A DNA stretch of 64,000 nucleotides from Monocercomonoides exilis PA203. Its lineage: Eukaryota > Protista > Preaxostyla. Location: contig LSRY02000037.1 of the NCBI GenBank assembly GCA_001643675.2, forward strand, positions 372,001 to 436,000, written 5' to 3'. The notes under the pieces were generated by a model, which was given only the letters and a program-made list of their open reading frames with translations, made no database searches and was not told the origin of the DNA. The position numbers were made by a program, and so were the translations under genes. This document shows, one piece after another, positions 53,101 to 64,000 of this stretch; within the stretch, counting starts at the first letter, position 1; each line of letters opens with the position of its first letter.

Positions 53101-56100
53101 TTTTCGCCTCCACACCCAACAAGATCCAGACCAGATGGGGAAACAACAACAGAGCGAGATGTGTATTCAGTCAAAAATAACGCAAGATCCACCGCTTTTC
53201 CGTTGAAAATAGTTGTATCTGTCCCTTCAATATATGATGTTAGATTCCCGTCATCATCAAAAAGATTGAAACAAAATCTATTAGCGGTTACAGATTTGTT
53301 CAAATTCACGCTTCCAACAAACATGTCTCTCCCTTCATTCGCCTGGTTATCTTGGAAACTCAGTGCCGAGAACTCAATTTCACTCGACAAATCATTGAAC
53401 ATCCAATAATAAATTGCTCCTCCTCTTCCATTCATTTCATTCACTCCACAGAAAAGAAAAAAAACATCTTTCACCCACACGCTGCAGTTTCCAACTGACT
53501 CACAGTTTATGCATCCACCATTACCTTCATTCGAAGTGCATCGCTCAAATGACGTGCCATTCTCAATGCCCACCATCGTTCCATTTTTTGCTCGAATCAC
53601 GCTGCCAATGGAAAATCGACAATTCATTACACACGTGTCATTTATTACCATGCTCGAGTCTTTGCTACAGATAAACAGCGCCTCGCTGCTGCAATTCACT
53701 TCAGATATCTTGCTCCCGGCAACATTTAGCATTCCTGAATGCAAAACACAAATTCCGCTATCTGTGCCAAAATCCATCATTTCCCATCTTGTGTTATCAA
53801 TCTGCACCACACTTCCTTCCCCGCGAATTATCCACGTTGGACACACTGCCCAAGAATCAGGCTTTCCTCCAAATACACAAGAAATCACATTCACTCGCCC
53901 AGCCATACCTTTGATCACTTCTCCATACTTGCCTCGTGAAATAGGAAAAGTAAATATGATATTCTGAAATGTTAGCGAAGTCGACAAAGAACCTGTTGAA
54001 AGCATAACATGTCCATGAATTCCAACAATCATCTCAGATTTCCGCTCTTCACCTCGGATCATCAGCTTCTCGTCTTTGCGATCAATCTCACTCACCAGAT
54101 TCGCAGAGTCCTGAATGTGCAGGATTGTTCTTGTATCTCCAAGTTTGCTGTATCCATATCCCAGCTCCATGCACGGACTCACACTCGAGCCACATCCTTC
54201 CACTTCTTTTCCTTCTCTCTCATCCACATAAATAATATCATCGTCTGAAGGAAACAGAAACCGCAGAAGCGTCATGTTCATTCTTTCATCCGATGGATCT
54301 ATCACCCATTTTCTGCTCTCATACTCCCCAACCTCCGCTGACCCTTCCCACAGTAATGGATCCACCATCTGCCTCGGGTTTTTGCATACCAGATAAACAT
54401 CCGCCCCACGCTGTGCGTCATTCTCACCAAAAGCAACACTCTTCATCGAATATGTCAAATTTGCATCTTCCAACGTGAGATGCAGCCCTCCACCAAATCC
54501 TTCAGTTGCTGGAACCTTGCATCCTTCAACACTGTTGGAATCAAACAAAAACATTCCTCTGTTCATCACTCTGACTATCAAGCATCCTCCTTTTGAGCCA
54601 GTTGAGGAACACGAAACTCGACTGAAATTGCATTTCTTCACCTCCATCTTCTTCCCATCTCCCACAACCCCTACAATACCTCCACCATCTCCGTTTGATC
54701 TTGACAAATCACTCACATTGCATTCTTGCAAGCTCAGTTCGCTTGTTTCATCAACCATCAATGCGCAATGGCCAGCAAACGTCCCCTCACACACAGATGA
54801 ATTCACAATGCTCATTTTTGCTTCGCAATTAATCTCCACAAGCCCTCCATTCCCGTTTCTCTTTGTGTTTCTTATCACCAAATTATCCACATTTCCAATG
54901 ACGCCTCCGCCCCTCAGCTCAATTGCCGGCAATGCAGAAAATTCAAAATCAACAAGATTCAATTCACTAATGATCACAGTCCCTCCAACTCCTTTCACAA
55001 AGCTGTATTTACACTTCTGCCCAACTGTCTTCATTTTCATTCCCATTTTTTCAAGCATCACTTTTGACCCTTCACATAGCACCAAGCATTCTCTGGCTGT
55101 CGGTGAAAACAATGAAGGAAGCACCAACACCATTTTCGACAACTTAACCTCGTTCACACACTTTATTAGATCTGCTCCTTCTCCGCTTCCTCCTTCTTCA
55201 ACTTCAATCTCATCTCCAATATTCTCAACATCAATATCAAAACCCCGAGAAGAAAGAACAACTGCATCTTTAAAGCTGAATGTTCTTTGTAATCTGACTC
55301 CTGCTTTCTCTGCTTTGAATCGCACATCCCCTGCATATTCTATGGATCTGCATCCAAACCACTCAAATCCACACAGAGGGTAATTCCTTCCGCTTTCTCC
55401 TTCCACGTATGCTGGCAGCTCCCACTCACTGGTAAATAGAGCCAGAGGAACCTCCAACAATTCTTCCTCCTCAAAGCATATAAACTCATTCCACCTCACC
55501 TTTTCTGAAGATATTTCCTGGCCAATTTGTTCACGCCCCAGTGAATTCCAGAGGCACTGTCCTCGAATATACATGTTTTTCCCACAATATGCATCACATT
55601 CTCCAAACAAGAGACTTTCAATCTTGAAAGTCGCAGTGCTTCCATACTCCAGAAACAACCACCCTCCTTTTCCAGAAGTTGTTGTTTTTGCTCTGCATCT
55701 TGAAATATTGCTTTTTGACACACAAAGCATTCCATCATTTCAGAGGGCACATCTCATCGCTCCGCCTTCAATGCTCTCCAAGGAACTAATATTTGTCATA
55801 TTATTCTCTGTTATCAAGCATTCGACATTCAGCGTTGATTCAAAAAGAACTGAGCAATCGGCACCTTGCACTTCCAATCCTTCAAATGTGCAGTTCTTCA
55901 ACTGAATTGATGGATTCTCGCGATTCCTTTCAGATGCTTGTTTGTTGCACAGAATAAAAAGCGACTTTCCGGTCTTTATGTTTGCAATTCTGACACCAAC
56001 AAGCCAAAGAAAAGATCCCTTTGATTCAATTAGCGTGTAATCAATTGCTCCCTCTTCTTCGCTTTTCATCGTGAACAAACAGTCTTCAATCTCAATCTTT

Positions 56101-59100
56101 CCTTCAACTCCATCTGAAGCGATCAGAACAGTTGTTCCATTCGTTAAAGCCAATGGAGCTTCCACCCTCAACCCCACAATGTGCATTGCACTTTTAGTGC
56201 TCATCACTTTCTTTCTTTCACCATCCATTATTTCTTGAACGCAAAGAACTGCCTTCTCTTGAACATCACCTCTCAATTCCACATCACTCAAATCCACTTC
56301 TTCTTTCATGTCAACTGCATCCTTCACATATACGATTTTCTCAACACTTTTTCCAAGTCTCAGAAGCGAGTAATAAATTGACAAGCACGGATATTCCTCA
56401 AATCCGCACACAACAGTGTTAACACCACTTTGTGACGAAGTATATACCTTCCCTTCTATTTCTCTGAAAAATAGGATCAATGGAATGAAAACATCAGTAT
56501 CATCTCCATCGATCCCTTCCATTGATTCCATCGATCCCTTATCTGCTTCTTCAACAAATAGAAACGTGTCTGACGACACACTTCTTTTCAGATTTGGTGA
56601 TCGAATAAACAGATCTCTTCCATGGCTTGCTGCATTTAGCTTTGATGAAGGAAATATTGGAGCAGAAACAACAAAGTCAATTGACTCTTCCATAAGTTGA
56701 AGATATATTCCTCCTCCAAACCCTTCCTCTTCTCCACTTGGTGCAGCACAGCCACTGAACGAACACTCTGTCAACTTCAAAACATTGCTATCTGAGATCA
56801 ACTCAAACATTCCTCCTCCACAGCCTCCTCCATCCAGCACTGCACATTCATCAAATGTGCAATTATCAATCCCTACAATCTTCTGCTTTGTGCTTGATGA
56901 GAACAAAATGCTCACACCTCCTCCATTCTGTTTTGAACTGAGCACTTTCTTCATCGTGCAATCACTAACATTCACATTTGCCTTGCCTTCGCATAATAGA
57001 ATACTTCCTTCACCCGCGTGTATTGATTCAAAGGTTGATTCACTCATAGAAAGTGCGCAATTCTCATCTCCTATTTCGGTGATCTTCAACAACGATCCTG
57101 CAGAAAACTCCATTGACCTCACAGCCAGTCTATTAACAGTAACTTGACCTCCAGAAACCCTCAAAAAAGAAATACTAATTGCTCCTCTTTTCGCACCCAC
57201 CCCACACTCTGCCATGTTAAATGCCCCTGAATCGCACTGAACAACAGCTTCATGAGAGCCAAGCGTCTCTGGAATGGCAAAGCAAATGCCACTCAACAAC
57301 GCTTTCGTTTGAACTTCAATCATCCCTTTGGTGTTCCCTGTTCCTTCCTGCTCCAATGCAATTGACATTCCATTCAAACTCGCCATGATCATCCATTCAT
57401 ATCCTTTCAGATTCAGCTCCTCTTTTAAGATAAATGGGGTGTGGAGCTCAATGTGTCGATTCTTCTCTTCAAACCTTACGCTAACTGCTTGCCCAATTGT
57501 TTCACAAGGGTTTTCAGCAAATCCACATCTGCTGAAATCTGCACCTTCTGTTCCTCCAACATGAGCAAATGTAGTCAAATTACTCCACAGATACACAACC
57601 AGTGGAATCCAGAACCCATCTCCAGTTGTTGATCTTTCAGATCCTCTTGCACAGTCAAAGTCCGACAATGACAGATTAAACCCGATTGTAGTTGTGTTGA
57701 CCAGCCCTATCAATCTTGATGCATTAACAAATACATTATTGCCTTTCGAAGCTTTGCAATCGTTGAATCGAACTCTTTTCAGCGCAAACGTATCTGTTTC
57801 ATCTCCAACCCAAAGATATATACCCCCTCCGCATCCACATAAATCAGATGCAGATTTCTGTTTTGCTTCACAACCGGAAAACACAACTGTTCCGCTTCCA
57901 TCAGAAGTGTTTCCCACAAAGAATATCGAACCTCTTTCCAGTTCCATCCAAATTCCTCCACCATTTCCTTCTGAGCATTCACATCCTGAAAATGTCATGT
58001 TGTTCATCTCGCATATCTCATTATTCATCAATCTTCCTTCAAATATCGCTCCATTTCCCACCGTTCTTCTTACAGAATCAAACACAACTGACTTTACAGA
58101 AAGTTGAGAAGGCGTTGAGAAGGATATAAGTTGGCGCATGCTTGTGAATAGAGAAAATGAAACTGAGCTCATTGTTGTTTCTCCACCTTCGAGAATTATC
58201 ATTGATGTTGTCGATGCAACACTTCCAGCTTCTTCACCTCGAAAAATCGAATCTGATATCTCAATCTTTCCATTTCCTCTCATTCTCAGAACAGCAGACC
58301 CAGGATTCGAATTTTTGTTTGAATGAATGACTGTGAAACTGGAAATAGAAAGATATCCAACAGTGACATCGAGCAGCGCTTTTCCTTCTCCGGTATTGCT
58401 CGATATCAGTGTTGACGTTTCTGGATCTTCTCCTCTCAGAGTCACATTTGTTGAAGACACAGCTATTTCGTTATGGATATAACTACCTTCTTCCACAATC
58501 AGCGGCTGTGAATTCGTTCTTTTCAGCATTCCTTTGCGTATTGTTTCACATGGAATCCCTCCAAACCCGCAGTTTTCTTTATTGTCATCTCCAAATATCG
58601 AGGAAACAAACACATATGGTGCAGTTTCTGGAAATAGCGGAAGCCATTCGCTTCTATCAGTCCATCCAATGGTTACGCGCCATGGCTGTGTACTAGCTGA
58701 ATAAGACGAAACAAATGAATCAAAAATTACCTTTTCATCATAAATCTTATTTCCCCAAGACGAAATATCGCATCCACAATCAGTCGCACTGATTGTGTTG
58801 TTTTCAAAATTACAAAAAGAAATTTGAACAATTCCTGTGGTATTGTTTGCACTTTTCCACACAAAAGAAAGTGTTCCATAATTTGCATTATTTTCACAAA
58901 AGCCAAAAACGCATTCTGATAAAATTGGATAACATTTGGTGAAGCAAACTCCCATCCCAGCTGCATAATAGCTTGCAATGCAATAAAGAACATAATTGTT
59001 GGCAAATACTGATCCATTTGACTGATATTAACTAAATAATCCAGAATAATGACGACTTTTGCAATGCTCAAAAATACAGCCTTTAATGCTCTGAATAGCT

Positions 59101-60242
59101 GAAGATCTCGAGTTCAAACCACCACCAGCGTATCCAGCAGAACAATTCGAATAATTGCAACCATATGAAAAATGAAATCCATTTCCGATATGAGAAACAG
59201 CTCCACCATACAAACCTTCGTTCACAAGCGAAGAATTCACATTCAAAAATGAGCAGTTTGTCGCTCTCAGAGTTGCATTTCTAGAAAGGCGCATAGCTAA
59301 TCCAACTGTTGTTGAGCTTGACAAGTCTGAGAAGATAACAGATGAGGCAATAACATCTCCTGAGGAATATGCATTCTCAGTTCCGTTTTGCGGTGAATGT
59401 GTTACCGAACAATGTTCAAAGGAAGAGTTCAATAATAACAGTTTCTCGTTGGTCGGCACAATAACAGACCCAAACTGTGCATTGCTGCATCCGTAGAACA
59501 TTGATGAATAAACGCAGCAGCCAATCCACTTTGATGATGAGCAATATCTGTGCTTTGTCTTGTATTTTGAAGATTTTTGTGAAATGTTCAGAAAACTGCA
59601 TTCATGGATTTCCAGGTCTTCAACAGCTCCACACCCGAGAATCAACGTTTGCCATTCAGTTAACAATGAATTAAACGCACAATTTCCGAATTTAATTTTT
59701 GGTTGATGCTGCGAATGTACATCGTTTCTTCCGCATGCCAACGGCAAGATTTCTTTGAATAGGCAAAATTTTGAAACGCTCACATTCTGCAGCCTCAAAC
59801 ATCCTCCACATGCTTCAAAAGCAGATGCATTTTCGAAACTGGAGAATATCAAAGAACAATCTTGGCACAAAAACAGTGAATTTCTGTTCGTTTTTGCAAC
59901 GCCACCAAATTGTTTTTGCATCATAAATGCTTTCTTAATCATCAGAGTTGCATTACTCAAGAGGAGATAATCGTCTAAAGTTGTTTGTTTCTGAGTAAAC
60001 TGATTTATTTGCTTCTCTTTCGCATTTGTTATCTGCGAATTAACAAAAGATGTTTCGGTGCAACAATTATTGGACATAAATTTCCTTATCAATTCTTTTT
60101 CAGATAAATAGAAATCATAGTTGTTCTGATGTTCAATCATTGTTGAATATTGAATCTCTTTTGAAAAGCTTTCCTGGCATATGATAGATAGAAAAGCGCA
60201 GCAAAATACAACTCGTAGAAATGTGTCCTTTGTTGATTCCAT
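48231..60242 (-). pseudogene. Giant single-pass receptor-like protein B, paralog of A; one reading frame interrupted by five in-frame stops
   Basis: ORFs 59028-60299, 55740-58955, 52644-55730, 50241-52643 and 48231-50141 are all in one frame. Stops: TAA 59028, TGA 55740, TAA 52644, TAG 50241 and TAA 50157. Same 8-module, TM, kinase C-lobe architecture; hydrophobic N-terminal segment. Confidence 0.85.
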
Positions 60243-62209
60243 CAGAAAATTAGGTTTTGGCATTTGAACCACAATCCAATTATGGCACGTGGATCTCAAG
60301 CCCCAAATAAAATGATATACTGATTAATGCGTTCAACGCAACATCTGGTTCTGTTGAAACCATTTCATAATGATAAGTATTTCTGCAATTTTCAATGTCG
60401 CTCAGTCTTTTCGTATTTGGAAGATAACTTTATCGGATGATAGCGTTTGCATCTCTTCACAAGATATCTTGAAAAATTAAATAATCGTAGAAAAAATGAA
60501 CTCCATTTTGGAGGTCTTGAGTTGTTTGCCATTGAACATGAAAATAAAATGATGTGCCTGAATTTGAAATAGTTGTGAATTGATACGTTTTCTCTGAAGA
60601 AACTGAAATTGCGAAAGAGAAGCACACCTCAACAAAAACCCATTGAAAAATCAGTGCTGTGAATTGGTCCAAAGTCATCTGAAACCTCACGATTTGCTCA
60701 AAAATCCCACCAAGCACTGAGTGCAAGCCAGCTTTCATTTTAACATTAGGAAAATTTTGAAGATATCGAAATCAATTCATATTTTTCTGACTGTTCTTTT
60801 TGTTTTCAAAAATAATCCAACGAAAGATTGAGTGTTATATGTAAGTTTCTGTGACATTCCAATTTGTTGGGGAAATAAAAGCACCGACTTTATTTTGTTA
60901 TCGGCAGGAACCTTCAGGATTAATTCCACATCTGGAAAGTGCTCGCATAACATTCGATGAACAAAGAAAAAAATAATCGAATAAAAATTCAGAAATCAAC
61001 GAAAAAGTCAATTTCACAACAGAATCCGGTTTCTATTATTGTTTTAAAAAAACCAAGCTGCACAAACATGTATCCACAAATCCGAAATCCTGAAAATGAA
61101 CCTGATAGTAACGGAAATGGGTTTTTTTAGTCATTTCCACTTCTTCTGACTGGAAGCATTTCTATTCGGATTCCAAAATTTTTTGATTTTGAAACGTTAA
61201 AATGCAAACATGGAAAGATGATTCAACAAATCAAAGGAAATAAAAAACAAATAAAACCTTCCATTTCGATTTTCATTTGCATTTAGTTGGATTTTTCGGA
61301 AGAAATTTCGCTTGGCTATCATGTTGTTTGCAACTTTCATCAAATATGATTTCAGATCCTTTGATATTTCGTTTTTTTCGCTTATCATCAGCCGTTGTCT
61401 CATAATTTGCTATTCTTCAGAGTTAGCTCCAATTTATTTTCTTCAACTAAAAATCATTCTGTGTTCAGATAACATTGCCTCAGTCTTCAACACAAATCAA
61501 CAAAAGCATACTCTTCTTTTCTTTTCATGCACTTTCCTTTTCTTGAAAATGTGTTTGGCTTTCTAATAATTGTGAGACAGATTTTTGAATAGAATGAAGT
61601 TAAATTTCAAGATCATTTCTGAATTCAAATAATAAAATATCACCATTTCGCATTCAAGCATGGCAGAAATTTCTAAGCGGTTCATGTTAATCAATTCAGC
61701 GAAAAATAAATAGCACACCATCAGTTTCAACAATTATTGAAAAAATTGTTTTTCCGTGACTTCAATCTTAAAATCAGCTGTTCCATCATGTTCTAAGCTT
61801 TTCATAATTATTTTTAGAGTGTGCTTCAGGATTCAAAGACAGGACTCTTCTGCTACCATTTGGCTGAAGCAATTCTGTAATCTGAAGAAATACACGTTTA
61901 CATATGTTTTTGAATAAAATCAATCAAATAGTACAACACACATAATATGTGTCACTCACAGATTATCGTTTTGTGGGTAAAAAATGTTGTGCTGGACAAA
62001 AATAAACCATTTTGACAAACATATAAATCATCCATTCAGATATTCACTGTTCTTGTTAATTGTTAATTCTTTTTGTATTATAGAAAAAAAAAAAGAAAAA
62101 CAAAAATTTGATGAATATTTCGTTTATTTTATCATGTTTTTTTTGAAATGCTCCATGAAATTTGAATGAAAAAAACTCTAAAACATATCAATTGTTCACC
62201 AAGTGTTGT

Positions 62210-63623
62210 TTATTGCGGAAGTCCAAAATAAACTGGCATCTTGTCAATGTTCATTATTCCCCACTCACCTCCCTTTGTTTGTCTTGTTTTTCTTGTACAT
62301 GAAAGCGGCAATGATTTGTTGTCCAATTTCACAATTCCGATCACTTTTTTGAAGCTTTCTTCAAAGATCTGGGCTGTTGAAAGAGTTTTGTGAAAATCAT
62401 TCACAAGTCCACTTTCTTTTAATGCAGAAAAAATGTAGATCGATGAAGAAACTTGCAGAATGGCATTCACTGCAACCCACAAAAGTTGTTCCATACTATC
62501 ATGCGTTGAACCTGATCTCACCTGTTGAATTTGAAGTTTCCAAAGTGAAAAAACCAATAAATCCAATGACTCCAACAAATGTGTTGCATTCGGATGTAAA
62601 ACCGAAAGCAATATATTTTCATTAGCAAGTCGAGTCAATACGTTGTCCGACAGGTGTATTCGGCACCCATCAAGCATCAACACTGCCTGTGCGTGTTTAT
62701 CTGGCAAAATCATTCTTTTGATGTTGACATGAGGAATGAAAACTTTCTCAATCCAGCTTTCAAACAACTCCTTTGTGAAATAAGACGAATTTCCGATTTC
62801 CACACAACCATGAATTCCGATAAGATAGCCTTGAGATTGAAGGGATCTTATGTTGAATGGTTTTTGCATCAGAAAACAAGGAGGAACAAAAGTTCCATCA
62901 AGCGAAATACAATGAAGCAATGATAACCTTTTTTCTCCTCTGTCAACAGGCGTGTGATCAATTACACGATTTTCATTTGTTCCGACTATAAGGTTCATCT
63001 TTCTTGTATCTTCATAGGCATGATAGCCTGATTCATCAGCATAAAAAAATCATTGAAGAATATTTTCCACGCACATATTGAACCAAATGATTTTTCTAAA
63101 TGATAATGCTTTGTTCCGATATTTTCATTCTTTTTTCTTCTCTCACGCTTGAAGGAACGACCATCAATTCCTCGCAATGCCTTTTTATGAATGAAGAATG
63201 AAAATTGTGAGAAGGCGTTTTATGACAAACTTTCGCAACAACGGCTCTTAGCGTTTTCGGTGTGATTTGCTTTCTTTTATCTCTCAGATTTTTTAGTATT
63301 TCCATGACTCGTTTTTCTTGCTTTCGAGTTATCAACATGTTTTTTTTCTCAAAAACCTTTTTCCTTATATATCCGGTTCTAACCTGGCATACAAGGCTCG
63401 GTGTGCAGTTGAGCGCCTTTGCAATTCGCACGTTAGAAGGAATTTTAACTTTTCTCGTTAAATAAGCGTTGAAGAAGGAACGAATTAATGAAACTTTCGT
63501 TTTTGAAGTGTTTCGAGACAAGAATGATGAAATGAAGTGCAGGTCTAATTTTGGAATTAATTCTGTTAAAACTGTTTCATATGAAAATGCACTAAAAGTT
63601 GAAATATCGAAAGGCATTTCCAA
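62210..63623 (-). pseudogene. pogo/Fot1-type (DDE_1, DD35D) transposase with N-terminal HTH/CENP-B-like region; one stop and one frameshift
   Basis: IAKALNCTPSLV (HTH-like), FYADESG (after removing 1 nt in the T7 run at ~63043-49), CISLDG, LMLDGCRIH and HPNATHLLESLD with 35 residues between D2 and D3. In-frame TAG at 63096. Confidence 0.85.
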
Positions 63624-64000
63624 TAAAAAGATAGATAAATTTGTTTAACTGAAACAACCATTATAATTAAAGAATTATTGTTGGCAATATTTAACAATTA
63701 ACATGAACGGTGAGTGACTGTTTCATTATGGTTCAACTTTTCAATTTTTCACTCTCATAACAATCTTTCGGTTTGAATAATGGAATTGAAATAGAACATT
63801 TCCTTTTTTTATTTGATGAATATTTGAATCAAATATTGTGGTTTTGCAATTATTTACAATATTTTTTTATTCTAATACATGAAAAACATAAAGTTAATTC
63901 CAATTCAATTTTTCAACGCACGCAACCTTAAATATTTCAAAATACAAATTCACACGCATTGGATGTATTTAATATTGAAATAATGAAAACTGAAAAAACA

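Noticed and set aside
50157-59030. Stop-codon reassignment (TAA/TAG read as Gln, known in some oxymonads) as the explanation for gene B's in-frame stops
   Set aside because: A TGA is also present; two stops align with Trp and Ser rather than Gln; MER3 and the phosphoesterase end at TAA; the 3602-codon ORF has no internal TAR.
28900-59970. Numerous antisense ORFs (e.g. 31438-32376, 37423-38538, 54475-55383, 47903-48667)
   Set aside because: Shadows of the long coding frames caused by codon bias, with Ser/Pro/Phe-rich composition and no domains.
60392-61900. Decayed gene upstream of gene B (and similar mid-GC patches at 8940-9360 and 26120-26900)
   Set aside because: Composition hints at old coding sequence, but no consistent frame or motif could be identified.

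Overview
Eukaryotic, AT-rich, intron-containing genomic DNA. Gene style and repeat content suggest an anaerobic protist such as an oxymonad like Monocercomonoides; this is inferred, not established. The standard genetic code is used. The left third holds ordinary genes: an intron-rich EF-hand protein, the meiotic helicase MER3/HFM1 head-to-head with a 9-exon CAMKK-type kinase ending in a CaaX box, and an MPPED-type metallophosphoesterase. These are interspersed with decayed pogo/Fot1-type transposases, a foldback element and nested MITEs. The right two-thirds is a palindromic locus with two convergent, intronless ~12-kb paralogous genes for giant single-pass receptor-like proteins (8 Cys-capped beta-helix-like modules, a TM helix and a kinase C-lobe-only tail). 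They share an essentially identical 2.7-kb inverted arm (37856-45257 minus an insertion, versus 47420-50120) around a long-TIR Tc1-like transposon. One arm carries a complete 4.7-kb DIRS-type tyrosine-recombinase retrotransposon (gag, RT-RNaseH-MT, overlapping YR frame, ITRs, ICR). The other arm preserves the empty site, so the 4-bp ATTG crossover core can be read directly. The recombinase has a non-canonical YSIKH catalytic motif.
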